A DNA stretch of 64,000 bases from Azolla caroliniana (lineage: Eukaryota > Plantae > Polypodiophyta). Location: assembly GCA_043228905.1 (NCBI GenBank), contig JBHGNT010000018.1, positions 16,244,001 to 16,308,000 on the forward strand. The letters are read 5' to 3'. This document shows, piece after piece, positions 35,149-47,618 of this stretch; within the stretch, counting starts at the first letter, position 1; the number at the start of each line of letters is the position of its first letter. The notes beneath the pieces were generated by a model. It was given only the letters and a program-made list of their open reading frames with translations. It was not told the DNA's origin and did not search any database. A program made the position numbers and the translations under genes.

Positions 35149-36401
35149 TGTTGATAGTCGAACTCAACTTCCCATAGAGATAGGTTTCACACTAGGTCAT
35201 GGACATACCAGGCTAGTTTTGTAAATAGTTGAAAGGGCACTTGCCCTAGCCTAGTTGGTACTTAAACCAACCTTTTTGTAACTTAGTTACTATTGGATGT
35301 AATATACAGTTTCTTGTTATAGTTCTCTCATTCTCTCTCTTGTCTCACGTGCACATACACACACACATAGTCCTTCCGTTGTACAAAATCACTCTTGATT
35401 CTTTACATGGTATCAAAGTGTGTGGTAGCTTGATCCAAGTCCATCGCCTTCACGTGTGTCATGCTCAAGCTAGCAGAGAACCAACTGATCATTGCAGCTC
35501 GCGTCAAGAGTAGAAGAAGTTCGACAATGAACACCCATATGGGAAACACTCTTCCTACCGAGAAGCTCAATAGACAAACTTCGCATCTTGGGAGTACAAG
35601 ATGCATCAGTACCTTGTCAGACAAGGTTACTGGAGCTACATCGAGGGAGCTCACGAAACGCAACCCAACACGACACACGCCGACTACCTAGTGTGGGAGC
35701 AGACCGCGAGCTGTGTGTTGTACTGCCTTGCATCCTGGGTTCATGACCACATGCTAGGCTATATTCAAGATTCGAAAACACCAAAAGAAGCTTGGGGAAA
35801 TCTCAAGAAGATGTTTGCGGCCAATACGGTTGCACGAAAGCTCCAACTTCGACAGGAGCTAAACAACATGCAACAGAGGGACATGTCGATCACCGGCTAT
35901 ACCTTGAAGATCAAGGAGTTGTGCGATGCCCTCGGTTTGATTAATGTAGTAATCGACGATGATGGAATGATGCAAATATGCCTTGGCGGCTTGGCACCTC
36001 GATTTGGCACGATCAGATCAGCCATTCTTGCGAGGGAGAACCCTCCTTCCTTTTTCGACCTTCAATCAATTTTGTTGATCGAAGAAAATCATGTTCAGCA
36101 AAGGAACAATGCGTATGATGGTCAGATGCTCTACTCACAGCCGGATGATAGAAGAGGATTCGACCATGGAAATAGAGGTTGGCTCGGACAAGGCCGACAC
36201 AGTCAGCCGACCCAAGAGCGTAACTTTCATCAATGGCAAGACGACAGAAAGAGTCCCAGAGAGTTTGGCAAACACGGCTACTATGGAATCGTAACAACCC
36301 GATCGAATGCGGGTATTGTGGAAAACATGGCTACTATGAAGAGGAGTGCTAAAAAAAGGTACGAGACTCAGCTTCAACCAACCAACAACTCATAAACTAT
36401 G
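35149..36401 (+). mobile_element. Copia F 5' part (LTR ~35149-35407, PBS, gag), interrupted by Copia D
   Basis: TGGTATCAAAG at 35408; gag MHQYLVRQGYWSY...ARKLQLRQEL is homologous to C2 gag. Confidence 0.72.
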
Positions 36402-37719
36402 TGTTGAATACGGGCTTCTAATGGGCGTATTCACATTATCTTTTTCTGTACACACTAAGCTTAGGCTATTTATGTAAAAAGTGAGAAGGGCAGCTGCCCT
36501 AAGTCAGTCAGTATATAAACTGACTTTGCAACCTAGTTAGGGGGTCGTTTTTTAAGTTATAATAGACACTTGACATTGTGCCGAACTATCTCTCTCTCTT
36601 GTGTAATAGTTGTTTTCTTTTCTGTCTTTGTTGCCATCAAAGCTTTGATGATCTTGCATTCATTTACGATCTTATCCTAGAAGTATGTTGACATTGTTCC
36701 ACATTAGATGATGGTATTCCCAACATATGGTATCAGAGCAAAGGTTTGTTTGATTCCCCTGCCGCCATCTATTTAACCTCCATCGGCAACTCTTCTCCCG
36801 TACACCTTGAAGATCTTGATTCGCAACTCCTCTTGAAATCACATCTGACGAAGAGAGACAACCCCAATACCCCAATCTGTGTTTCATTCGGCCGAACAAC
36901 ACTCGGGAGGACCAGTTGGCTCCATCCCTCTCATTGTTGCAGTTACCCGAAATAGGATCGGCTTGGAGAATCGCACATAATCAGTGTTGAGAAAACTCAG
37001 AAAAATTGAAAATTGAAATCGAACAATCAAATCCGGGTTTAATTTGACTAAGTCCGTTGACTGTAGTCACTCCGAACAAGATTCATCTATATTCGAAACC
37101 GACATGACTTGTGTCCAACTCTAGTTAGAATGACATCGAGCGAGCCTGGCTATTGCACTTCACCACAGTTCGTAGCTGACTCCGGACAAAGTCTATTAAA
37201 CCAACACAGATGGCTTCAACATCCGGCTCGTCAGAGATGAGTATAAGGAAGTTTGACAGATCGAACTTCAACTTCTGGAAGGAGTACATGCAAGACTATT
37301 GTAAAAGAATACGTTGTGCGGAAGCAATAGAAAACCGAACACAGAAAACACAAGTTTAATGGAGAGCTTAGAATATACACAGTACGCGGGAGAGACAGAG
37401 AATGAGCAGAATGTTAATAATCTATTACCAACAATAATAGTTCTCTATACATAAAATGTGCTCAACAACACTATTTATACAAGTCCTAAGAGGACTGACT
37501 GACTGAAGTACCGCGTACTGCAATGCTCACTCGAGCGTCTGACACTAACTTTGAGACTATTAACTACCTAGTAGTCTAGGCTTCTACTAGGCTTCCGGTT
37601 ACTGTTTGATCCAGCTAACCGGCTCCCTTGCTCACCGGCTCACCGATCCGGCTCATCCTTTCGAATGCCAATTCGGCTCAGGCTTATTCAGCCGATCTGG
37701 ATCCGGTTGAGCTTGCCGC

Positions 37720-38610
37720 TCAACATTCCCCCTCAAGCTCAACTTGAGGTCGGATCGTAGTGTCAATCTCCATGGCAGCCATTCCTTCCACACGGCTCCT
37801 TCTGGCGTCACTCCGCCTCACTCGCGCTCCTTGTCCGGTCCGATCCCGTTTGCCGCGACCCCTCTGGTTCTGCACACCCCGACCTCCTCGGTTGGCTTGT
37901 CTGCTCAACAGGCCCAATTCAGCTCCCTCGCTGCTGGGACTTTGGCGCATGCCGGTTCGCCGATTCCTTCGTGTTGGCGTCGACTTTCGTTGCCTTCTCG
38001 TCCTCTTGGCCTTGAATTGATCTGGTTCTTCCGAATCCTTCTGTTGAACCGAATCGAATGTCTTCGACTCGTTCCAGTTCTTGTCCGAATCGGTCGCTCT
38101 CGATTTGTCTTCCGGTTCGAGGCCCTTCACCACATCGGACCATGTCTGGGTCTTGGCCGTCTTCTTCCGATCGGCTCTGCCCTTCTTGACTCTGCCGCTT
38201 GTTCCAACTTGTTCGGATGTGTCAACTTCCTTTGTCGACTCGGCTCCTTTCTTCTCCTTGTCTCGCCCCTTGTCGGTTCTTCCCTTATCGATGCAATCGA
38301 CAGTCTCTTTGCCTTTGCCCGTTCCGGTGTCTTTGCCCGTTCTCCCCCTCAAGTGTGGCACGTCGAGATGCTGAACACCAAGCATTTCGGTGAAGTGCTG
38401 CAACTTGTCCGATCCGAGCGGTTTGGCGAAGATGTCGGCAACTTGCCAATCCGTATGAACATACCGGAGTTCGACTTCACCGCTCAGGACACACTCACGC
38501 ACGAAGTGGTAGTGCACTTCTTTGTGCTTTGTGCGAGCATGGAATACGGGGTTCTTGGCGAGCTGCATGCTGCTTATGTTGTCGCAGTAGATCAGGATTG
38601 AGGTTGGCAC
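37720..38610 (-). CDS. C2 RNase H C-terminus with a ~200-aa basic/charged extension
   Basis: YCDN...NPVFHARTKH...ADIFAKPL, then an open frame through LRG up to the PPT and LTR. Confidence 0.7.
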   Translation of the reverse strand: MPTSILIYCDNISSMQLAKNPVFHARTKHKEVHYHFVRECVLSGEVELRYVHTDWQVADIFAKPLGSDKLQHFTEMLGVQHLDVPHLRGRTGKDTGTGKGKETVDCIDKGRTDKGRDKEKKGAESTKEVDTSEQVGTSGRVKKGRADRKKTAKTQTWSDVVKGLEPEDKSRATDSDKNWNESKTFDSVQQKDSEEPDQFKAKRTRRQRKSTPTRRNRRTGMRQSPSSEGAELGLLSRQANRGGRGVQNQRGRGKRDRTGQGARVRRSDARRSRVEGMAAMEIDTTIRPQVELEGEC

Positions 38611-38672
38611 CTCGATCTGCAGGTCTTGCAGTAGTCGCCGAAGTTAAATGGCTTCACAGGTGGCAACGATAG

Positions 38673-41600
38673 TGTTAGGAAACAGGTCCCTCTAGATGGG
38701 AAGTGAGAACCGGATGTGGTGTACCCGGCAAGCGCCGGATGACGAGTACCCGACTACGGAAGACCCGGTGAGAACTGGATGTGGTGTACCCGGCAAGCGC
38801 CGGATGACGAGTACCCGGATACGGAGGACCTGGTGAGAACCGGATGAGGAGTACTCGGCAAGCGCCGGATGAGGAGTACCCGGCTACGGAAGACCTGGTG
38901 AGAACCGGATGTGGTGTACCCGGCAAGCGCTGGATGACGAGTACCCGGCTACGGAGGACCCGGTGAGAACCAGATGAGGAGTACCCGGCAAGAGCCGGAT
39001 GGTGAAGGCCCGGTGAGAAGCGCTCACCGGATGAAGGGACATATTTGTAAATAGCCGAAAAGTCATATTAGTATAAATATGGCTTAGGGCAAACAGAGAG
39101 GGGAGTGGTTGTCATTCTTGTTGGCGCAAGATTAGAGTGCGCAATTGTGTACAGAGAGAGTGAGAGAGAGGAAGAGGTCGTTGCCTCTATTGTAACCGCC
39201 GCTTGTGGCGAAGATAGCAAGCTCGAGGTCGTGGCCTCGGTGCTTTCTTATTGTACATTCTGATATAGTGATAGTTTGAGGTCTATGGGTTGTCGTGGTT
39301 TTTCCCGAGTTTGGGTTTTCCACGTTAACATCCTGTGTACTCTTCTCTCTATCGTGTTGTGCTTTCATTCCCTGTTTTTTGTGTTTGATTTTAGACTCGG
39401 TTGTGGCCGAGCGTTGTTCATCGGAGCGTGTAGTTCCTGTCAAAGTGGTATCAGAGCGAAACGACACAGAAAAATGGACGATTCGTTGGGAGGCATGTTC
39501 AAGCTCACCGGCTCCAACTATTCGGTGTGGAAGTCGAAGATGAGGGACATACTCGTGGTTAAAGACCTCTGGCTACCGGTTCAGTTCGGGGACAAGAGAC
39601 CGGAGAAAATCGACGCCACGATATGGGAGGTAATGCACATGAAGACAACGGCATACATACGGTGCTTCATCGACATGAACCTATACAACAACTTCAATGA
39701 AGAGAGCAAGGCTCATGAGCTCTAGGAGAAGATCAGCATTATGTTTCAAAACAAAAATGCTGTTAATCAGGTTTCGGTATTCCGGAAGCTAGTAAGACTC
39801 TGGTACCAAGATGGCTCCAGCATGGCGGAGCACATGAATGCCTTCCAGGGGCTGATCCACCAGGCAACATCATTGGAAGTACCTCTTGCCGATGAGGTAC
39901 TAGCACTACTCCTGCTCGGTTCCCTCCCAGATAGCTCGAAGACGTTGGTTGTCACCTTGGGCAACGCCGAGCCGGAAGGGAAACGGTTATCCCTAGCAAG
40001 AGTGAAGTCGAGCTTGCTAGATGAGGAGGCGCGTCGGAAAGATAAGGATACGAGCTCTGACTCCAAAGCACTCCTTACCGAATCGGAACGTGGAAGACAA
40101 AGGAACCGTAGTCCCCAGAACCGGGAAAAGTCGGGGACACGGTCAATGTCAAGGGGGAGGCCTACTTGCTTCTATTGCGGCAAGCCGGGACACTTCCAGA
40201 AGAACTGCTGGCATTTCCGGAAAGACAAGGAAACCGACGGTACCGATTCGAAGCGGACACCGGACCGGAACAGTAAAGACCGGAGGGGAACGAATCGGAA
40301 GGGAACGACGAAAATCGCGACAAGTGAAGAAGAGTTGATGCTCATCAACGAGGAGAGTGAGATAAACCTTGCCGACGACGAGATGACCTGGGTGGTCGAC
40401 TTCGGAGCGTCGTTCCACCTTACCCCGGACAGGAAATGTTTCTCATCCTACTTAGTCGGTGATCACGGATGTGTCCGGATGGAGAATGAAGGTACATGCC
40501 GAATTGTCGGCATAGGAGACGTGTGGCTAACAACACCAACCGGATGCAAGCTGTTGCTGAAGGATGTCTGACACGTTCCGGAGGTTCGTTTGAACCTGAT
40601 ATCAGTCGGTCAGCTAGATGATGAAGGCTAGATGGGTAGCATCCGGAACAATGTTATGAAGTTCAGCAAAGGGAGCCTGATTGTGGCTCGGGCCCGGAAG
40701 GTAAACACATTGTACCTGATGAATGCTCGGTTATGTCCGGAGGAAGTGAACGTGGCATCTGACACTGCCGGTGAGCTGTGGCACAAAAGGCTGTGTCACA
40801 TGAGCGAGAAGGGGATGAAGAGGCTTGCAGATGACAACCTCATTCCAGTGAAGAACGTGCACTTGGAGAAGTGCACTGATTGTCTGGCCGGTAAGCAATA
40901 CCGGACCTCCTTTCGACCAAGGCCACCGATGAGACGTAATGCACCACTGGAGTTGGTGCATACTGATGTGTGTCAAGTGGACACGAAGTCACATGCAAGA
41001 TCGCAGTACTTCGTGATGTTCATAGATGACCACAACCGGAAGATGTGGGCCACACCGTTGAAGACGAAGGATCAGGTGCTATCCATCTTCAAAGATCTCT
41101 ACGCGAGAGTGGGAAGAGAAATCGACCGGAAGCTAAAGGCAGTTCGAGCAGATAACGGAGGTGAATACCGGGGATAGTTCGAGGAGTACTGTCACTCGAA
41201 GGGAATCTGGCTCGAATTTACCGTGCCGAAGACGTCGGAACTAAACGGGTTGGCCGAGAGGATGAACTAGACCATAATGGAGAGGGTTCGTAGTATGCTG
41301 GCGCATGCAAAACTACCCAAGGCGTTTTGGGCTAAGGTGCTGTCGACAGCGACGTATGTGATAAACAGATCACCCTCAGTACCCTTGGACGGAGACACGC
41401 CACAGAGAGTCTGGACCGGTAAGGAAGTGTCCTACCGGCATTTGAAGGTATTCGGGTGTCTCGCATACGTGCATGTAGCTAAGGACAGGAGAGGAAAGTT
41501 GGACCCAAAGACCCGACAATGCATATTCCTCGGTTACAGTGACGATGAGTTCGGCTACCGAGTGTGGGACCTGGTCGACAAGAAGGTATTCCGGAGTCGA

Positions 41601-44300
41601 GATATTATCTCCATGGAGGACAAGACGCTCGCCGACTGGGAGTCAGAGAAGAAGATAATGAACTCCGAGTCGACTGGTAAGGATTGATTCTACGATGAGC
41701 AGACCCAACCGACAAGAGACCGGTTAGCACTTGAGGAACCGGCCGGTTACGGTGAGGATACCGAACCGGCAGAAGAAGAAGTAGAGGAAGCTGAAACTGG
41801 AACTGGCCAAGACCCCGAATCGGATTCGGATGAAGATCAAATAGTGGAGCCGATTACCGAAGGCCAAAGACGGAGATATCCTCTCAGAGAGAGAAGGCCC
41901 CCCCGAAGATTTTCGGATTCAGAGCATGTGGTGCTGACCGATGAGGGAGAGTCGGAAAGCTTCGAAGAAGTGAAGGATGACACCCACAGCCGCAAATGGT
42001 TAAGTGCCATGCAAGATGAGATGGATTCCCTGCATGAGAACCATACGTACGAATTGGTGGAGTTGCCGAAAGGAAAGCGGGCACTCCGAAATAAGTGGGT
42101 GTACAAGTTGAAACCGGGAGATGCCGGCAACCCCCCCAGATACAAAGCCAGGATCGTGGTGAAGGGGTTCCAGTAGAAGAAGGGCGTGGACTTCAACGAG
42201 ATATTTGCCCCGGTAGTAAAGATGACCTCCATCCGGACGGTGCTGAGTATAGCAGTAAGCATGGACCTCGAGGTAGAGCAGCTGGACGTGAAGACGACAT
42301 TCCTTCACGGTGACCTCGAAGTGGAGATCTACATGCAACAACCGGAAGGATTCGTGGAGAAGGGGAAGGAGCACCTGGCATGCCGGTTGAAGAAGAGCCT
42401 GTACGGACTGAAGCAGGCTCCTCGACAATGGTACCGGAAGTTCGACTCCTTCATGACCGATCAAGGGTACCACAAGACGCAGGCCGATCACTGCGTGTTT
42501 GTGAAGAAGTTCGAAGGAGGCGACTTCCTGATACTCCTTCTGTACGTGGATGACATGTTGATCGTCGGACAGGACCAAGCCAAAATACGGATGCTGAAGA
42601 AGGCTCTAAACCGGACCTTCTCAATGAAAGACTTGGGTTCAGCAAGACAGATGTTGGGGATGCATATTATCCGGAACCGGTCAATGACGCAATTGTGGCT
42701 GTCGCAGGAGAAGTACGTGACAAAGGTGCTTCAACGGTTCAACATGTCAGATGCGAAACCGGTTGGATCGACACTTCCGACAAACTGCAGGTTATCCGGT
42801 AAGTAAAGCCCGAAGACGAAAGCAGAGAAGGCTGATATGATGAAGGTTCCATATGCCTCTGTCGTCGGGAGCTTGATGTACGCAATGGTGTGTACCCGAC
42901 CGGATATAGGATACGCAGTCGGAGTGGTGAGCCAGTTTATGAGCAATCCCGGCAAGGAGCACTGGAACGTGGTCAAATGGATACTCCGGTATTTGAAGAG
43001 CACTTCAAATATGTGTCTCTGATTCGGCTCCGGAAAACCTCAACTTGACGGTTTTACCGATTCGGACATGTCGGCTGATGTGGATACCAGCCGATCTACA
43101 TCTGGGTATGTAATGACATATGCAGGGGGAGCAGTTTCGTGGCAGTCGAGGCTGTAGAAAACGGTTGCACTGTCAACCACGAAGGTGGAGTACATGGCGG
43201 CTGTGGAAGCCGGCAAGGAAATACTATGGATGAAGGACTTCATCAGAGAGCTCGGTATCCGGCAAGATGAATACCGGCTCTATTGCGAAAGTCAAAGTGC
43301 CATCCACCTTGCTAAGAATGTGGCCTACCATTCCCGGACGAAGCATATCCAGCGAAGGTATCACTGGATCCGAGAAAGAGTAGATGACCAGGAGTTCGCG
43401 CTAACGAAGATCCACATGGCCGAGAACGGGTCAGATATGTTGACCAAAGTACTGATACCCGACAAGCTGGATGCATGCCGGAAGCGGATCGGACTTGTAA
43501 GACATCGCATGCTGGAGTGAAGGGGGAGTTTGTTAGGAAACAGGTCCCTCCAGATTGGAAGTGAGAACTGGATGTGGTGTACCCGGCAAGCGCCGGATGA
43601 CGAGTACCCGGCTACGGAAGACCCGGTGAGAACTGGATGTGGTGTACCCGGCAAGTGCCGGATGACGAGTACCCGGCTACGGAGGACCTGGTGAGAACCG
43701 GATGAGGAATACCCGGCAAGCGCTGGATGAGGAGTACCCAGCTACGGAAGACCCGATGAGAACCGGATGTGGTGTACCCGACAAGCGCCGGATGACGAGT
43801 ACCCGGCTACGGAGGACCCGATGAGAACTGAATGAGGAGTACCCGGCAAGAGCCGGATGGTGAAGGCCCGGTGAGAAGCGCTCACTGGATGAAGGGACAT
43901 ATTTGTAAATAGCCGAAAAGTCATATTAGTATAAATATGAGTTAGGGCAAACAGAGAGGGGAGTGGTTGTCATTCTTGTTGGCGCAAGATTACAGCGCAC
44001 AACTGTGTACAGAGAGAGTGAGAGAGAGGAAGAGGTCGTTGCCTCTGTTGTAACCGCTGCCTGTGGCGAAGATAGCAAGCTCGAGGTCATGGCCTCGGTG
44101 CTTTCTTATTGTACATTCTGATATAGTGATAGTTTGAGGTTTGTGGGTTGCCGTGGTTTTTCCCGAGTTTGGGTTTTCCACGTAAACATCCTGTGTACTC
44201 TTCTCTCTATCGTGTTGTGCTTTCATTCCTTGTTTTATGTGTTTGATTTTAGACTCGGTTGTGGCCGAGCGTTGTTCATCGGAGCGTGTAGTTCCTGTCA
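38673..44300 (+). mobile_element. Ty1/Copia element B3 (Tnt1-like, older, many stops)
   Basis: 770-bp LTRs 38673-39442 and 43531-44300 with CCGG-rich tandem units; TSD GATAG; PBS 39446-39457; PPT 43521-43530. Confidence 0.95.
39474..43520 (+). pseudogene. gag-pol: Copia B3 gag-pol
   Basis: Colinear with B1/B2 pol; multiple in-frame TAG/TGA/TAA consistent with C>T and G>A changes. Confidence 0.92.
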
Positions 44301-46796
44301 GATAGCGCCTCGGTATTCAGCCTCAATGCTCGAAAGAGCCACTGTTGGTTGCTTTTTGTTGTTCCACGCAACAACCGTGCTACCAAGGGAAAACATATAG
44401 CCGAAGGTGGATCAGCGATCCGATGCATCGCTGGCCCAGTCGGCATCGGTGTAGCTGACTAGCTCTTCGGTTATACCATGCCGGTATAATAGACCCCGGT
44501 TCTTCGTGCCGCTCACATATTGCAAAACTCGATGCACACACAGAAGGTGCTCCACGGTCGGCTTCTGCATGAACTGGCTAATCACTCCGACCGGGTAACT
44601 GAGGTCGGGTCGAGTGATCCTCAAGTATATCAGGCTTCAGACGATTTGTCGGAACCGTTTCGTATCGCAGGCCGGTCCAGAGTCGGGAAGGAGCTTTTGG
44701 TTCCGGTCCAGGGGTGTGGAGATCGGTCGGCATTCCTTCATGGCGAACTTGTACAACATATTCAACACAAAGTGCCTTTGTGAGAGCAATATGACGTCGG
44801 GGGTTCGGATCACCTCGATCCCAAGGAAATAGTGAAGGTCGTCTAAGTCCTTCATCTCAAATGCATCCGACAGCTGGGACCTGATTCGGCTAATTTAATC
44901 GAGTCCGGGTCCGATGATGACTAGATCATCAACATACAGTAAGATGTAAACCGGACCGTCCGGACCTTGCCAGATGAACAACAAAGAGTTGGACTTGGAG
45001 GCCGCAAACCCCATCTTACGCAACCGGTGCGTGATCTTCGCATTCCAAGCTCGGGGGGCTTGCTTTAGGCCATAAAGTGACTTCTTCAGCAGGCATACCG
45101 CCGACTTGTTCATCTCCGACTGGAAACCGGGGAGTTGGGTCATCAAGACCTCTTCTTCGAGTCGCCATGAAGAAATGCATTCTTCACATCCATTTGGTGA
45201 AGATGCCACCCCCTTGTCGCAGCAACAACCAGCACCACACGAACCGTCGTCATCTTCGCTACCGGAGCGAAGGTCTCGTCGTAGTCGATTCCATGGGTCT
45301 GCGTGTATCCCTTCGCCACTAACCAGGCCTTGTAGCGGTTAACCGAACCGTCGGCATTGTACTTTACCTTGTACACCCACTTACATCCGATCGGTTTACA
45401 GTGTCGGGGAGGGTCAACTAGGTCCCATGTGTCGTTGGCATCAAGTGCTCGTATTTCTTCCTCCATAGCAGCACGCCAATCTGCGTCCCTTGCCACTTCT
45501 ACGTAGCTCTCTGGCTCACCCACTTCCGCCACCTTGGTCATGTACGCATAGTGATGCGCCATGTACTCATTGTACTTGTACCGCGTCACGGGGTTCTTCT
45601 GGCGGGAAGACTGACGTAACTTATCGTTACCCGGTTTGGGGCCCTTCTTGGCCGGTCTGGACATGGTTCCCGAAGATCCGCCTTCATCCTTTCCGGAGTC
45701 GGATTTGCTCCGATCCGAATCATCATTGCCGGTTTCGTATTCCGGCATCTTCTTCTTCCCCTTCTCTTTGCGCGTGAACCATCTCCTCGGTTCCTTGCGC
45801 GGGGAGAGCACGACAAAGTCTCCACTACTCGCCGGTTCCTCATCCAACTCATCATCCCAACTCAGCCACCCATTCGGTCCACTTAGCCGGAATGAGATCG
45901 GACTCTCTTCTAGAGTGCCGAGGTCTTCATCTTCTATCTGAACTGGTTCAGGCTCACTAGCCTCATCCTCCGGTATCGGGTCGGGGTTGGAAGTTGGAGC
46001 CGGTAAGGGATACCATGATACCGTCTCATCAAACTCAACATCTTGGCTAACTCGGACCTGCTTTGTCCGGGGGTTATAACATTTATACCCCTTTTGCTCA
46101 TGCGAGTAACCGACTAGGATGCATTTCTCCGACTTTGCATCCAACTTCCTCCGCTTCTCATCCGGCACATGCACATACGTAATGCTACCGAATATCTGAA
46201 GGTGTCGCAAATTCGGCTTGCGACCGAAATACAGCTCATGTGCAGACACCTTGTCACCGATCCAGTTTTGGATATAGACGGTCGTCCGAACCGCCTCCGC
46301 CCAGTAGAAATGGGGCATACTCTTCTCCTCTAGCATTGCCCTTGCCGCGTCGATAAGAGACCGGTTCTTCCTTTCGGCGACACCGTTCTGTTCCGATGTG
46401 TATCTGCAGCTAAACTCTCTCCGAATTCCTTTTTGTTGTAGATGGGTGAAAGCATGCGAGTGGAAACAATTAGCTATGTCCTTGACATAGCTAATTAGCT
46501 ATGCAAAAAGCTACCATTGATAAATAGTCATTTTAGTAAAAAGCCATCATTAATAAATTAAGTATGCAAAAAACTACCATTGAAAATACTAGAGTGTTTT
46601 AATTACATATGTAAATGAGTGCCATAAATGTGCAACATAAATTGATGTGTACACCATAAATGTGTACCATAAATTATATATCGAATTCCTAGGTCCATTA
46701 TGCATGATCCTTTGCCACATCACGTAGGCCATCTCTAGTTGAGTATTGTGGGTTAGTTGCTACCACTGTTGCTAAACCCTATCGAGTCCACCTGCC

Positions 46797-47300
46797 GCCA
46801 CTCTACACTGAGGGGCCGCTACTGTGCGTTCCAAGCATCATCAAAGAGCTACTCAATCTGACGGGGTTCTCTTCTCTGTGACACTCTACACTCAGGGGCC
46901 ACTACTGTGCATTCCAAGCATCATCAAAGAGTTGTTCAATCTGACGGGGTTCTCCTCTCTTTGCCACTCTACACTCAGGGGTTGCTACGGTGCGTTCCAA
47001 GCATCATCAAAGAGCTGTTCAATCTGACGGGGTTCTCTTCTCTGTGCCACTCTACACTCAGGGGTTGCTACTGTGCGTTCCAAGCATCATCAAAGAGTTG
47101 TTCAATCTGACGGGGTTCTCTTCTCTATGCCACTCTACACTTAGGGGCCGCTACTGTGCGTTCCAAGCATCATTGGTAATTGTTCAATCTGACGAGGTTC
47201 TCTTCTCTGTGCCACTCTACTCTCAGGTGCCTTCTATGTGCGTTCCAAGCATCATCGGTAACTGTTCAATCTGACGGGGTTCTCTCCTCCATTGCCATCA
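46797..47300. repeat. 83-bp tandem repeat, about 6 copies
   Basis: Units start at 46797, 46880, 46963, 47046, 47129 and then degenerate. Confidence 0.92.
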
Positions 47301-47618
47301 TTCTATACTCAGTTGCCGCTACTATCCAGTCCCAGATTGCTTCCACATTTGGATTTGACGGAGTTCACTCATCCAACGGCAACATTCTACACTCAGTTGT
47401 CGCCATTGGTCGGTCTTGGATCGCCTCCTCAACTGTTCGATCCAACGGAGTGAACTTCTCTACTGTTCGGTCTTGGATTGCAATAACTTTTCTGTCTATT
47501 GATTATTTTGTGTATTGTTGTGTCTAATCTTGTGTATTGTGGAATATTTTTGTGTATTGTTGTTGCCCATAGCCATCTTAAATACTTGTTTTTTTTCTTG
47601 GAAATTTAGGGTTTTAAC

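Noticed and set aside
46824-47527. Repeated 67-115 aa ORFs
   Set aside because: Translations of the 83-bp tandem array
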